Shown: piece after piece, positions 1 through 10,574 of the stretch
How the letters are laid out: the number at the start of each line of letters is the position of its first letter
Numbering within the stretch: the first letter of the stretch is position 1
Assembly: GCA_965661285.1 (NCBI GenBank)
Contig: CBFIDD010000001.1
Span: 276,753-340,752, forward strand
Direction: 5' to 3'
DNA: 64,000 nucleotides
Source of the DNA: Poseidonia sp.
Lineage (GTDB): Archaea > Thermoplasmatota > Poseidoniia > Poseidoniales > Poseidoniaceae
Translations under genes and position numbers: made by a program
The notes under the pieces: model-generated
Told to the model about the DNA's origin: nothing
The model's database searches: none
The model's input: the letters and a program-made list of their open reading frames with translations, nothing else

Positions 1-1
1 A

Positions 2-1264
2 TACACGGCGAAAGGGGAAGCCTGGACCGCCGTTGTACGGGTCTCGGACGGCGAGGCTTGGTCTCCGACTACCAGCAGTGAGGCGCGCGTGGTCGCCAAT
101 GCTGCGCCAACCGTGCTGAACGCTCATCTCATTTCGCCCTCGTTCAGTGCGCTTCACCCGTTGACCGTGAAGTTGACGACCGATGATGTGGATGGCGATG
201 ATGTCGACGTGGCCGCTGTCCGCTGGCACCTGAACGGTGTCGAACAAAGCGATGGCATCGACAGTCTCGTCTTGAACGCCACCCATCTTCGGCGAAGCGA
301 TGCGTGGCATGCGGTCATCACCGTTGATGACGGCATCGACCAGTCCACCTTCACCACCGATGCTGTCGTTGTTCTCAACGCCGCACCGCAGGTTGACATC
401 GAGTGGCCTGCAGACGCCAATTCCCTGGTTGATTTGGCTCCCACCATCCAGGTTCTCGACCTCGATGGTGACGCCACTTCGATGACCACGACATGGTACA
501 AGAACGGGTTCCGAGATGCCGGACAGACCAACGCCTCCTCGGTGGAAGCAGCAAAACTCGCACCCAACCAAGACTGGCGGCTGGTCGTCGAGGTGTCGGA
601 CGGGGAACTCACGACGGTGAGCGAGGCGAGCATCGTCCTCATGAACCTCGAACCGGTTGCGGACATCGGCGTAGCTTCCTCCCATGTGTGGTACAACGAA
701 ACCACCGTGCTGTCCGCTGAAGCCTCGAGCGACAGCGACGGAACGCTTGTTGAATACGCATGGTCGTGGAACGGCGGCGTTGCACGAGGCGCGACCGTCG
801 CCTTGGTCCTCACCGAAGACACCGAAGTTCGATTGGTGGTCAGCGACGACTCGGGTGCCAGCGATGAAACCACCCTGCTTGTTGAGGTCGAGGCCGGACC
901 GACGGTACAGAACCTTCGCCTGGTCAACGACGGGGCCGGGAACATCGACCTCGCGTGGGCGTGGCCCGGCGACGAGGTGACGTTCAACATCCTGCGCAAC
1001 GGCGAGCCGATCGCCACCACGAGCAGCCCCGCCTATCGAGACCAACCCCCCATGAGCGGGGTCAACACCTACGCCGTTCAGCCCGTCAACGACGAGCGCG
1101 TGTTCCTCAACGGCATGGACACGATTTCGACCTCGGTGGAGCCCGTTGTTGTTGAGGCTCCCGGTCCGGCAACAGGCCTCGGGCTCAGCCTTGGTGGCCT
1201 GATGTTGCTGGCGCTCGTGGCCGCACCGTTGCTCGGAAAACGGGAAGGAGGTGCGTTGGAATGA
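2..1264 (+). CDS. Secreted/surface protein with Ig-like/PKD domains and C-terminal membrane anchor (5'-partial)
   Basis: Frame open from nt 2 (YTAKGEAWTAVVRVSDGE...), so the gene begins before the window; PKD-like segment LSAEASSDSDGTLVEYAWSW...LVVSDDSGASD; repeated 'W.L.V.VSDG' units; C-terminal TM helix; ATGA overlap with next gene. Confidence 0.75.
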   Translation, partial: YTAKGEAWTAVVRVSDGEAWSPTTSSEARVVANAAPTVLNAHLISPSFSALHPLTVKLTTDDVDGDDVDVAAVRWHLNGVEQSDGIDSLVLNATHLRRSDAWHAVITVDDGIDQSTFTTDAVVVLNAAPQVDIEWPADANSLVDLAPTIQVLDLDGDATSMTTTWYKNGFRDAGQTNASSVEAAKLAPNQDWRLVVEVSDGELTTVSEASIVLMNLEPVADIGVASSHVWYNETTVLSAEASSDSDGTLVEYAWSWNGGVARGATVALVLTEDTEVRLVVSDDSGASDETTLLVEVEAGPTVQNLRLVNDGAGNIDLAWAWPGDEVTFNILRNGEPIATTSSPAYRDQPPMSGVNTYAVQPVNDERVFLNGMDTISTSVEPVVVEAPGPATGLGLSLGGLMLLALVAAPLLGKREGGALE

Positions 1265-2232
1265 GACGCTTGTCGGTGCTGGCTTTGGTGCTGGCCTTGT
1301 TGATGGCGCCCACCTTCGGGTCAGCCAACCCCAACGGTGTCGGGTCGGGCACCTTTGATGCCCAATGCGGCGGAGCATGCCACGGCGACGCCGATATGAA
1401 TCGCTCCTCCTCCGCTTCGGTGTCGGTTCACGCACCCAGCATCGCCTACGAGGGATTGCTCACCAGCGTCTCCGTCACCGTCTCCAACATCGAGACCACC
1501 CAAACCGGCTTGCTCGGTTTCTTCCTTCTCTCCGACCTCAGCGGTGCCGAAGATACGCCAGCGGATGCAGGGTGGACCATCGTTTCCAACAGCGAAGGCG
1601 GAAGCGAGAACTACGTCGAAGCCACGATTGCTCCCGGACAGACCGAGCACACCGTTCACTGGACGCTGCGCGCCCCGCAGGTCGGCACAGCCACGCTCTA
1701 CGCCGCCATCCATCACGGCACTGAGGACGGCAGCGAAGCCCCGTTCTTCGGAGCCTCAACACAACCGGCGACCGTTGAGGTTCGCGAGGTCCCCGAAAAC
1801 CTCCCCCGTCTTGCTGCAGACTTCGAGCCGCCGGTGCGAAGAGATGTGGGCAAGTCCACCATGCTACGCCTACCAACCGAGGACGTCTCCGCCGTTTCGG
1901 TTGAATGGCGGATTGCCGGTGGAGAGGTTAGGGCCGCTTCGGTTTCATCGGTTGATGAGGCCGTCTGGGCGCTTGAACTTCCAGCCAGTCTTCAACCGGT
2001 TCAACTGGAATGGCGAGCGGTCCTGAAAGGGGAAGGCCCCGCACAGACGACCCCGTGGTTCCAACTCCAAAGCGATGAGCCTGCCTGGACGGTGGATGAA
2101 ACCGCAGCCTATGTCCAATCCTTTGCCATGCTTCTGGTGTTCATGGTCGCCTTCCTGTCCCTCCAGCGGCAGCCCATCGATGGGCCAAAGGCGTTCGATG
2201 ACGCCTTCCTTGACGACGAGGTGATGGACTGA
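1261..2232 (+). CDS. Secreted, membrane-anchored protein with N-terminal CxxxCH motif and reeler-like (choice-of-anchor V-like) domain
   Basis: Signal peptide; AQCGGACHG; 'HWTLRAP..GTATLYAA' resembles reeler-like domains; C-terminal TM. Confidence 0.6.
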   Translation: MRRLSVLALVLALLMAPTFGSANPNGVGSGTFDAQCGGACHGDADMNRSSSASVSVHAPSIAYEGLLTSVSVTVSNIETTQTGLLGFFLLSDLSGAEDTPADAGWTIVSNSEGGSENYVEATIAPGQTEHTVHWTLRAPQVGTATLYAAIHHGTEDGSEAPFFGASTQPATVEVREVPENLPRLAADFEPPVRRDVGKSTMLRLPTEDVSAVSVEWRIAGGEVRAASVSSVDEAVWALELPASLQPVQLEWRAVLKGEGPAQTTPWFQLQSDEPAWTVDETAAYVQSFAMLLVFMVAFLSLQRQPIDGPKAFDDAFLDDEVMD

Positions 2233-2792
2233 TGGTGTCGGCAGCGACCCTTCACGTGGTCACGACCGAACTGGCCGTTGGCTCCTACGCTCTGGCCGGC
2301 CTTGGCTTTCTTCTCGCTGGCCTCGCCAGTCATGGATGGCTTGGCATGAAACGACATCTGCAACTCGCAGACCATGTCGCTCACTTCGCCTTGGCGTTCG
2401 GACTGCTTGCACTCCCCTTCGCCATCATTACCGGCATTCAGTCCAGTCCGGGCGAGGGCATCGACCACCCCTTGCTCATCAACAAGATGCTCCTCGGCTC
2501 GTCCGCCTTTGGGCTTGCCCTCGGTGTGCTCTTCGCTCGTCGGGCCCACGGCGCTGGCATCTGGCATCGTGCTGCTGGACGACGATGGCAGACGCTCGGT
2601 GGATTGGCTGCGGTGGGTATGGTGCTCTTGACCGCTTCACTGGGTGGCACTTTCACTCGGGGTGAATCGCTGTTGTCGTGGCTGCCGATGTCCTTTGACA
2701 GCGTTCCCTTGATGCCGATGTGGTTCTCGGGATTGCTGGTCATCACGGCCCTGGTGAACCTCGGCCTGATGCGCAGAGCGAACTCAGCGTGA
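2232..2792 (+). CDS. Integral membrane protein (DUF2231-like, tentative)
   Basis: About 5 hydrophobic helices; TGATG coupling to upstream gene. Confidence 0.6.
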   Translation: MVSAATLHVVTTELAVGSYALAGLGFLLAGLASHGWLGMKRHLQLADHVAHFALAFGLLALPFAIITGIQSSPGEGIDHPLLINKMLLGSSAFGLALGVLFARRAHGAGIWHRAAGRRWQTLGGLAAVGMVLLTASLGGTFTRGESLLSWLPMSFDSVPLMPMWFSGLLVITALVNLGLMRRANSA

Positions 2793-4646
2793 TCACAGGC
2801 CCGCCATATCGCCGGTTTGAATGGTCCACTGGCTGGCATACACACCGCCCGACGCCACCAAATCATCGTGCAAGCCTCGCTCGACGATGGCGCCGTCAAC
2901 CATGGAGAGAATTTCGTTGGCGTTGCGAATGGTGCTCAAGCGGTGAGCAACGGCGATGGTGGCTCGTTCCTTGCCAGAAGAGAGAAGATTCTCCTGAATG
3001 CGACGTTCGGTTTCGGCGTCCAAGGCGCTGCTGGCCTCGTCGAGGATGAGCAGACTTGGAGCCTTCAAAATGGCACGAGCAAGCGAAACACGTGCACGCT
3101 GCCCTCCACTAAGCATGGCGCCACGGTCACCGACCATGGTGTTGACACCGTCTTCCAATTCTTGGACGAAATCCCATGCGCCGGCCATTTTGAGCGCTTC
3201 AACGAGTTGGTCCTCGCTGGCCTCTTGGTTGTAGACGACGTTGTCCTTGACGCTGCCGTAGAACAAGAAGGGGTCCTGACTCACGAAACCGATGGCTTCG
3301 CGCAGCGAGTACAGCGTGAAGTCGGTAATGGGGCGGCCGTTGACCAGCACGTCGCCACTGTCAGGCGTGTAGTATCGCATCAAGAGTTTGAGAATCGTCG
3401 TTTTACCCGCACCGGTGTGGCCCATAACGCCGAGGAACTCACCCTCGCTGAGCTTGAAGGAAATGCCGTTCAGGACCTTGATGGTGGTGTTGGGGTAGGT
3501 GAAGTACACATCGCTGAATTCAACGGTTTTGATGCCGCCTTCCAGCTCGATGGCGTTCTCGTCGTCAACGATGGTCGGCTCGAGGTCGATGGCAGCAAAC
3601 ACCCGACGAGCAGCAGCCTCGCCGCGTTGAAGTTGGTTGACGAGGATGCCGAAGATGAACATCGGCATGGTCATGCGCGTGCTGATGAGCAGGAAGGTGA
3701 CCAGTTGACCGGTGGTGATGTCCCCTTCACTCGCAAGGTAGCCACCGCCTGTCACGAGCAAACCGAAGGCCACACCTGCCGTGGCGTAAATCATCGGAAT
3801 GAAGCGATTGCGGTCTTTGCTCGCGCCCATGGCTTGGTCCCGGTAGGAGCCCGACTCGGAGGCGACGCGGTCAGCCTCCCACGATTCAGCGTTGTAGGCC
3901 TGGACTACGGCGATACCTGAAATGAGGTTTTCAAGAACGGCGTGGATGTCCCCGGTCGATTCCCGTTGCTTCCGGTACTTTCGCTGTACACGGGTCGAAA
4001 ACCAATAAACAGCGGGCACGATGAACAAGATGGGCGTGAACAACACGGCCGCCAACCTCCACGACATCAGCACGAGGATGAGAAAGGCGGTGGCAAAGGT
4101 GATGATGATTCGGATGATCGAGGTGGATGAATCCGATACCACGTCTTCGAGTTGGTTGACGTCGCTTGAGAGCACAGACATGATTTGCCCTGTTTGCCTC
4201 AAATCGTAATAGGAGGCTTCCATGGCGATCAGCGACCGCGTGGCGTCCATCCGAAGATCGTGTTGGATGTTGTAGCCAAGGGTCTGCCAGGCGTACTCCG
4301 AGATGCCTTGGAACACAGCCAAACAGAGGAACCCGAGGAAGATAAGCACCCCATAACCGATGGCGGGATTGCTGTGGAGCGTGGTCACGGCGTCCTGAAC
4401 GATTTGAGGTCCAGAGAGCATATCGGTGGTGAAATAATCCACCGCCAGTCCGATGGCGACGAAGGGCATGAGGTCAAAGAAACGAGCAGCAGCGTTGGCG
4501 AAAATGCCCGTAAGGGCCCGTTTTGGGTATTTCTTGGCGTAGGGAACAACACGCCAAATCTGTCTTCCAAGAACGTCAGCGCCCTTGTTGATGTCTTCGG
4601 GAGACATCTTGTCGCTGTTGGCTTTTGCAGCGTGGGCCCTCGTCAT
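2793..4646 (-). CDS. ABC transporter, fused permease/ATP-binding (MsbA/MdlB-like exporter)
   Basis: Walker A GHTGAGKT, signature LSGGQ, Walker B ILDEASSALD, H-loop AHRLST; N-terminal TM domain; start set at MTRAHA. Confidence 0.95.
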   Translation of the reverse strand: MTRAHAAKANSDKMSPEDINKGADVLGRQIWRVVPYAKKYPKRALTGIFANAAARFFDLMPFVAIGLAVDYFTTDMLSGPQIVQDAVTTLHSNPAIGYGVLIFLGFLCLAVFQGISEYAWQTLGYNIQHDLRMDATRSLIAMEASYYDLRQTGQIMSVLSSDVNQLEDVVSDSSTSIIRIIITFATAFLILVLMSWRLAAVLFTPILFIVPAVYWFSTRVQRKYRKQRESTGDIHAVLENLISGIAVVQAYNAESWEADRVASESGSYRDQAMGASKDRNRFIPMIYATAGVAFGLLVTGGGYLASEGDITTGQLVTFLLISTRMTMPMFIFGILVNQLQRGEAAARRVFAAIDLEPTIVDDENAIELEGGIKTVEFSDVYFTYPNTTIKVLNGISFKLSEGEFLGVMGHTGAGKTTILKLLMRYYTPDSGDVLVNGRPITDFTLYSLREAIGFVSQDPFLFYGSVKDNVVYNQEASEDQLVEALKMAGAWDFVQELEDGVNTMVGDRGAMLSGGQRARVSLARAILKAPSLLILDEASSALDAETERRIQENLLSSGKERATIAVAHRLSTIRNANEILSMVDGAIVERGLHDDLVASGGVYASQWTIQTGDMAGL

Positions 4647-4750
4647 GTCTGCGTGGCAATGACCGAGACTCTTGAACCCTCGCGAGACGAGCAAGGTTGG
4701 GCTGACCGTTCAACCAATCTTTGATGAGGTTCTCCGGTTTGGTTCGTCTC

Positions 4751-7700
4751 ATGCAGACGCAACGCCGCAGAACCTCACTCGTTTTCTTTGCGCTTCTTTT
4801 GGTTCAGGTGTTGTCGCCGTTGGCGTTTGTCCAAGCGGACCAATCGACCTACCAACCCGATACCGATGCGGCGTTGGAGTGGCTCGAGCAGGTCGGTGTT
4901 TCTCCCACCACCACCGCTGAACACGGGTGGATGAATGCAGATGAAGCGGCCGGTTCCAGCGCCCTGCTCTATCGAGACGTGCAACTGGTGGCCACCGAAG
5001 AATGGCGTGAGCGCACCGGGGAAACGCAGGTGGACGGCTACCACATTTTGGGCCATACCTACCCCGTGCCCAGCGAGTGGTTCAACGAGCTCGCTGATGC
5101 GGGCATCGATTGTTTCTCCTTCCTTCCTCCGGCGAGTTTCCACTGCCACGTCAACGGCCAGACGCCGGCTCAACTGGAACAACTCGATGTGCTCGGATTG
5201 GCGGCCATGGACGCCAGCGACAAAGTCCAAACCGACCTGCTTCGCGGCCTCCTCGGTCTTGACATGGTGGCCTACAACCCCTTCGTGAACGACGAAGGAG
5301 CCATCGTGAACGTCGTCTTGTCGGGTGAAACCCTCCCGGAAGGCTTGACGCAACGCAGCGATATCGTCCTCGACACGCACAGCGGCCGATTCGCCACGAT
5401 GGCCATTGACACCGATGGTTTGGCGTGGTTGGTTCAACAAGATGCGGTCGAGTGGGTTGAGCCCCGTCCGTTCTATGAGATCATGAACTCAAAGGGCATC
5501 GAAGTGATGAACGTCGACGACATGTGGAGTTCCACCAACATGGCCAACATCGACAGTTCGTGGGCCGGGCTGGACGGCAGTGGCATCATTGTGACCGTCG
5601 CCGACACCGGATTGGACAACGGCGTGAACAACAGTAACATGCACCCGGATTTCAGCGACCACATCACGGGCATTCTCTCGTTCCCCCCGCCCGCATCGGT
5701 GTGCACGGCCTTCAGCCTGAGTCCTTGCGGCGACGATGCTGAAGACCACGACGGACACGGAACCCACGTGGCGGGCTCGGTCCTTGGTGACGGCACCCAC
5801 AGCAACGGCGACATCATCGGTGCGGCGCCCGAAGCCCACCTGTTGTTCCATGCCATTGCCACCACCCACAACAGCGAGGAGAAACTTCTCGGCATTCCAA
5901 ACGATCTTGACGACATGTTCGCACTCGCCTGGGAGAACGACAGCCGGATTCACACCAACTCGTGGGGGTCAGCGGTTGCAGGACAATACACCTCCTCATC
6001 CATGCAAGCGGACGCCAGCGCCCGAACGCACGACGAGATGGTGATTCTCTTTGCTGCAGCCAATGAAGGTGCGGACGCCGACCGCAACGGTGAGATCGAC
6101 CTCGATTCCATGGGTTCACCGGCGACAGCCAAAAACGTCCTCACCGTGGGTGCGAGTGAAAACGACCGCGGGAACATGACCTGGGTTTGGGGCAGCACCG
6201 ATTACGGCTCACCCATCTCCAACGACCGTCTAGCGGATAATCCGGAAGGCATGGCGGCGTTTTCCTCCCGAGGACCCACCGACGACGGCCGCCTAAAGCC
6301 CGATTTCTCAGCACCGGGCACCATGATTCTCTCTGCAAAGAGTCGAAGCACAACCGATACGGGTTGGTTGGCGCACAACGCCAGCTACACCTACATGGGC
6401 GGGACGAGCATGGCCACGCCGCTCACGGCCGGTGCATCGGCGCTGTTGCTTGAGCACCTGATGGAAAACCTCGGGGAAAGCAACCCAACCTCTGCGCTGG
6501 TGAAGGCCATCTTTACCGCCAGCGCTCACGACATGACCGGACAATATTCCTCCTCCACCAACGGAGCGGGCGAAGCGGCACCCAACGACCACGAAGGCTG
6601 GGGTCGAATCAACATGTCCCAAGCCATCAACACGTCCTATCTGTACAACCACTCGGTGACCACCGACGCCGACTCAGGGTGGTCGTTCAACGTCCCAGCA
6701 AGTGCGGATGACATCAACATCGCCCTGGCATGGACCGACCCGGCCTCAACGCCGGCGGCCTCCACCAACTTGGTCAACGACCTTGATTTGGCCCTCAAGA
6801 GCCCATCAGGCACCTGGACGAATTTGAGCAACAACCTCGACAATTTGCGAGGACTGACGCTCGCCTCACCGGCCCAAGGCACATGGGAGGTCCACGTGGT
6901 GGGCACCAGCGTGCCAACCGGCCCGCAATTCTTCGCTTTGGCCATGACGGGAGACTACACCCTCACGAATCTGACGCAGGACGCCGACATGGACGGTTAC
7001 GAAGACGATGATGATGACTGCAACAACACGGCGGGCACCTCAACCGCTGATCGAACCGGGTGCCCCGACACCGACGGGGACGGCTATTCCAACCCGGACA
7101 GCAACTGGACCGTCAACCAAGGTGCGGATGCCTTCCCAAGCGAACCGACGCAGTGGGCCGACAGCGATTACGACGGCTACGGCGACAACGCCGTTGGCGA
7201 TGAGCCGGACGCTTGCACCTCCACGGCTGGAAACTCCACCGGCGACCGGTTCGGCTGTACCGATACCGATGGCGATGGGTATTCCGATCCCGATAGCGGT
7301 TGGACCGTCGCCAACGGAGCAGACGCGTGCACGAGCGTCGCCGGCCCCTCAAGCCAAGACCGCAACGGCTGCGCTGACCAAGACGGTGATGGCTACTCCG
7401 ACCCTGACGGTTCGTGGGGTACAACCAACGGTGCGGATGCTTTCCCCACCGATGCCACCCAATGGGCGGACGCCGACGGCGATGGCTACGGCGATAACCC
7501 GCCGCCGGCGACATCAGGTGATGCCTGCCCGAGCACCAACGGCGGGTCCGATCAAGACCGCTACGGATGCACGGACACGGACGGCGACGGCTACTCCGAC
7601 CCCGACAGCGGTTGGACCGTCGCCAACGGGGCCGACGCTTTTGCCTCCGATGCGACCCAGTGGGTCGACACCGACGGTGACGGTTATGGCGACAACGCCA

Positions 7701-10342
7701 GCGGAAACAGTCCTGACGCCTGCCCGACACAGGCCGGCACCTCCACACAAGCGGGCCGCTTAGGATGCGCCGACACCGATAGCGACGGGTACGCCGATGT
7801 TGACGATGCCTTCCCCAACGAAGGAACGCAATGGGCCGACAGCGACGGCGATGGTTACGGCGACGAGGCCTCTGGATTCCAAGGCGATGCGTGCCCCTCG
7901 ACCGTTGGTACGTCCTCCCGAGACCGGTTCGGGTGCACCGATTCGGACAACGACGGCTCTTCAGACGGCGACGCGACGTGGACGGTGGCCAACGGTGCCG
8001 ATGCGTACCCCAGCGACAGCACCCAATGGGCGGACACCGACGGCGATGGCTACGGCGATAACCCATCGGGCACCAACGGCGATGCATGCCCCTCACAAGC
8101 AGGAAACTCCACGTCCGACCGACTCGGATGTCCCGACACCGACGGCGATGGTTATTCCGACCCCGATGGGGCATGGGGCGTGAACGAAGGCGCCGATGCT
8201 TATCCCAACGACCCGAACCGTTGGGGCGACATCGATGGCGACGGCTACGATGACGGCTTGGACGATGACTGTCCAGCCCTCTACGGCACATCCATGCACG
8301 ACCGAAACGGCTGTCCCGACCAAGACGGTGATGGCTATTCCGACCCTGACAGCGTCTGGACAACAGCCGAGGGAGCTGATGCATTCATGACCGATGCCAC
8401 GCAATGGAACGACACCGACGGCGATGGCTACGGCGATAACCCCGGTGGAACCCTTCCCGATGCGTGCCCTGCAGTGTTTGGTTCTTCGTGGCAAAACAAC
8501 ACCTACGGCTGCCCAGACGGCGACCTCGACGGTTGGGCCGATAGCGAAGATACCCATCCCGACGACAACACGCAATGGGCCGATAGCGATGGGGATGGCT
8601 ACGGCGACAATCCTGGCGGCACCCTACCCGATGCCTGCGTCAACCAGTGGGGCAATTCCACGCTCGGAAACCGCATGGGTTGCCCCGATAACGACGGCGA
8701 CGGGTGGGAAAACAACATCGATGCCTTGCCCGAACTACCAACCCAGTGGCTGGACCAGGACGGAGACGGCTACGGCGACAATGCGACGGGCCTGCAACCC
8801 GATGCGTGCCCCGGTGAAGCAGGAACGTCTTCCATCGGTTTACTGGGTTGTGTCGACGATGACGGAGACGGCCATGCCAACCTCACCGACGATTTCCCGA
8901 ACGACCCAACACGATGGATCGACACGGACAACGACGGATTTGACGACGCTGAGGACAACTGTCCGCTCCTTTTCGGAAATTCCACCACCGACCGCACCGG
9001 CTGTGTTGACAGCGACGGTGACGGGGTCTCGGACCCCACGCTCCCCGTCGGAAACACCAGCGGATGGAACACCACAGACGGTGCCGATGCCTTCCCGGCT
9101 GACCCCACGCAAAGCGCCGACGCCGATGGCGATGGCTTCGGAGACGACCCTGCCGGTTATCAGGCGGACGTGTGCCCTTCCGAAGCCGGCTTTTCAAACG
9201 TGGACCGGTTTGGCTGCGTGGATGAGGACGGCGACGGCATCTCAGATGCCAACGATGCCTTCCTCGCCGATGCCACGCAGTGGAGCGACGGTGACGGCGA
9301 TGGCTACGGCGACAACCCCAACGGAAGCCAACCCGATGGTTGTCCTGCGGTCTCCGGGACGTCCACCCTCGGCACTTTCGGTTGCCCTGACGGAGATGGC
9401 GATGGGGCCGGCGATGCTGAGGACTTGTGGCCAAGCGATGCAAGCCAGTGGTTTGACAGCGACGGCGACGGTTACGGCGATGAAACGAGCGGTACGGACG
9501 GAGATGCTTGCCCCAACCAAATGGGGACCTCGGCCGCTGGTGGCACCTTTGGATGTCCGGACCAAGACGGCGATGGCTGGGCCGACAGCGATGATGCCTT
9601 CCCAGAGCAACGCAGCCAATATACTGACAGCGATGGCGATGGATGGGGCGACAACGCCTCCCTTGGCGCACACAAGCCCGACCACTGGCCCAACGACGCC
9701 TCTCGGAGTTCGGCTGAAGCGTCCATGACCTGTACGCCCCTCACCATCGATGTGGACCTCGCCGCTAGCGGCTGGTTCACCTTTACGTGCACCATCACCA
9801 CCTCCATGAGTTCGGCCTTTGCTGCGAATGTGAATTGGCAAGCGACCGCGAGCATCGCCGGAGAAACCTCTGGCCACCTGCTGACCTTTACTTCAGCGAC
9901 AGGCAACACGCAGACGGTCACCTTCTCTGGAAATGCCAAAGATGTCGGGAATCATCAGTTGTTGCTCTCAGCGACCGAGCCCGGTGCAGAATACCCGATG
10001 GACACCGTCACCGTGGTCATCAAAGCCAGCGATTCCAATGCGCCCGTCGAGGTGGCCGATGAAACCGAAAGTTCCCTTATCACCGTCATGACCGAGAACA
10101 CGATGGTTCAGGCCGCCCTTGCCGGCCTGGTGCTCTTTGTCCTGATGGGGACCTTGATGATTCGAGGGCAGAACAGGAAGGCTCGGGAAGACGACCGCCG
10201 CATGATGCGCGCTGCAGAACTGCGCCAGTCCCGCGGACTGGCGGACCTGCCCGCTCGCAACCTGGTGCAAAACCAATCGCAGCCACGCGTCCCACGAGAG
10301 CGTACGGACTCCGTGTTCAGTGATTTCAGGAGAAAACGGTGA
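4751..10342 (+). CDS. Large secreted S8 (subtilisin, KP-43-like) serine peptidase with TSP3-like Ca-binding repeats and C-terminal TM anchor
   Basis: Signal peptide; catalytic triad ADTGL / GHGTHVAG / GTSMATP; Asp/Cys-rich repeat block; TM near the C-terminus. Confidence 0.93.
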   Translation: MQTQRRRTSLVFFALLLVQVLSPLAFVQADQSTYQPDTDAALEWLEQVGVSPTTTAEHGWMNADEAAGSSALLYRDVQLVATEEWRERTGETQVDGYHILGHTYPVPSEWFNELADAGIDCFSFLPPASFHCHVNGQTPAQLEQLDVLGLAAMDASDKVQTDLLRGLLGLDMVAYNPFVNDEGAIVNVVLSGETLPEGLTQRSDIVLDTHSGRFATMAIDTDGLAWLVQQDAVEWVEPRPFYEIMNSKGIEVMNVDDMWSSTNMANIDSSWAGLDGSGIIVTVADTGLDNGVNNSNMHPDFSDHITGILSFPPPASVCTAFSLSPCGDDAEDHDGHGTHVAGSVLGDGTHSNGDIIGAAPEAHLLFHAIATTHNSEEKLLGIPNDLDDMFALAWENDSRIHTNSWGSAVAGQYTSSSMQADASARTHDEMVILFAAANEGADADRNGEIDLDSMGSPATAKNVLTVGASENDRGNMTWVWGSTDYGSPISNDRLADNPEGMAAFSSRGPTDDGRLKPDFSAPGTMILSAKSRSTTDTGWLAHNASYTYMGGTSMATPLTAGASALLLEHLMENLGESNPTSALVKAIFTASAHDMTGQYSSSTNGAGEAAPNDHEGWGRINMSQAINTSYLYNHSVTTDADSGWSFNVPASADDINIALAWTDPASTPAASTNLVNDLDLALKSPSGTWTNLSNNLDNLRGLTLASPAQGTWEVHVVGTSVPTGPQFFALAMTGDYTLTNLTQDADMDGYEDDDDDCNNTAGTSTADRTGCPDTDGDGYSNPDSNWTVNQGADAFPSEPTQWADSDYDGYGDNAVGDEPDACTSTAGNSTGDRFGCTDTDGDGYSDPDSGWTVANGADACTSVAGPSSQDRNGCADQDGDGYSDPDGSWGTTNGADAFPTDATQWADADGDGYGDNPPPATSGDACPSTNGGSDQDRYGCTDTDGDGYSDPDSGWTVANGADAFASDATQWVDTDGDGYGDNASGNSPDACPTQAGTSTQAGRLGCADTDSDGYADVDDAFPNEGTQWADSDGDGYGDEASGFQGDACPSTVGTSSRDRFGCTDSDNDGSSDGDATWTVANGADAYPSDSTQWADTDGDGYGDNPSGTNGDACPSQAGNSTSDRLGCPDTDGDGYSDPDGAWGVNEGADAYPNDPNRWGDIDGDGYDDGLDDDCPALYGTSMHDRNGCPDQDGDGYSDPDSVWTTAEGADAFMTDATQWNDTDGDGYGDNPGGTLPDACPAVFGSSWQNNTYGCPDGDLDGWADSEDTHPDDNTQWADSDGDGYGDNPGGTLPDACVNQWGNSTLGNRMGCPDNDGDGWENNIDALPELPTQWLDQDGDGYGDNATGLQPDACPGEAGTSSIGLLGCVDDDGDGHANLTDDFPNDPTRWIDTDNDGFDDAEDNCPLLFGNSTTDRTGCVDSDGDGVSDPTLPVGNTSGWNTTDGADAFPADPTQSADADGDGFGDDPAGYQADVCPSEAGFSNVDRFGCVDEDGDGISDANDAFLADATQWSDGDGDGYGDNPNGSQPDGCPAVSGTSTLGTFGCPDGDGDGAGDAEDLWPSDASQWFDSDGDGYGDETSGTDGDACPNQMGTSAAGGTFGCPDQDGDGWADSDDAFPEQRSQYTDSDGDGWGDNASLGAHKPDHWPNDASRSSAEASMTCTPLTIDVDLAASGWFTFTCTITTSMSSAFAANVNWQATASIAGETSGHLLTFTSATGNTQTVTFSGNAKDVGNHQLLLSATEPGAEYPMDTVTVVIKASDSNAPVEVADETESSLITVMTENTMVQAALAGLVLFVLMGTLMIRGQNRKAREDDRRMMRAAELRQSRGLADLPARNLVQNQSQPRVPRERTDSVFSDFRRKR
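6980..9700 (+). repeat. Intragenic tandem repeats encoding thrombospondin type-3-like units (GC.D.DGDG.SD...DAFP.D.TQW.D.DGDGYGDN...DACP)
   Basis: About 14 units counted by the T/S-Q-W-x-D motif; degenerate at the DNA level. Confidence 0.9.
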
Positions 10343-10402
10343 GCAAACCATCCGAACCGATTGCCTCAAAGAGGAGAGGCTTGTCGCCGTGATTACCACA
10401 CT

Positions 10403-10474
10403 GCGGATATGGTGAAGTGGTTATCATCTGAGGTTTCCAACCTTATGTCGTGGGTTCGACTCCCGCTATCCGCA
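10403..10474 (+). tRNA. tRNA-Gly (TCC)
   Basis: Acceptor GCGGATA/TATCCGC, anticodon arm TGAGG-TT TCC AA-CCTTA, T-loop GGTTCGACTCC; no intron; complete CCA not encoded. Confidence 0.95.
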
Positions 10475-10574
10475 CCTCCCAATCGGTCAAGAGAGCGCCC
10501 GTTTTCGCGGGTCAACCGGGCAAGCATGAAAGGCTCAACAGCACAACGAGCATCCAACACCTCGGTGATGATGC

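Noticed and set aside
6980-9700. Repeat array as CRISPR or mobile repeat
   Set aside because: Repeats are degenerate, in-frame and protein-coding; no constant repeat-spacer structure or cas genes
7008-9877. Long alternative-frame ORFs (7113-8384, 8394-9728, 8883-9671 and others)
   Set aside because: Shadow ORFs of a GC-rich repetitive gene, with Arg- or Thr-rich low-complexity translations
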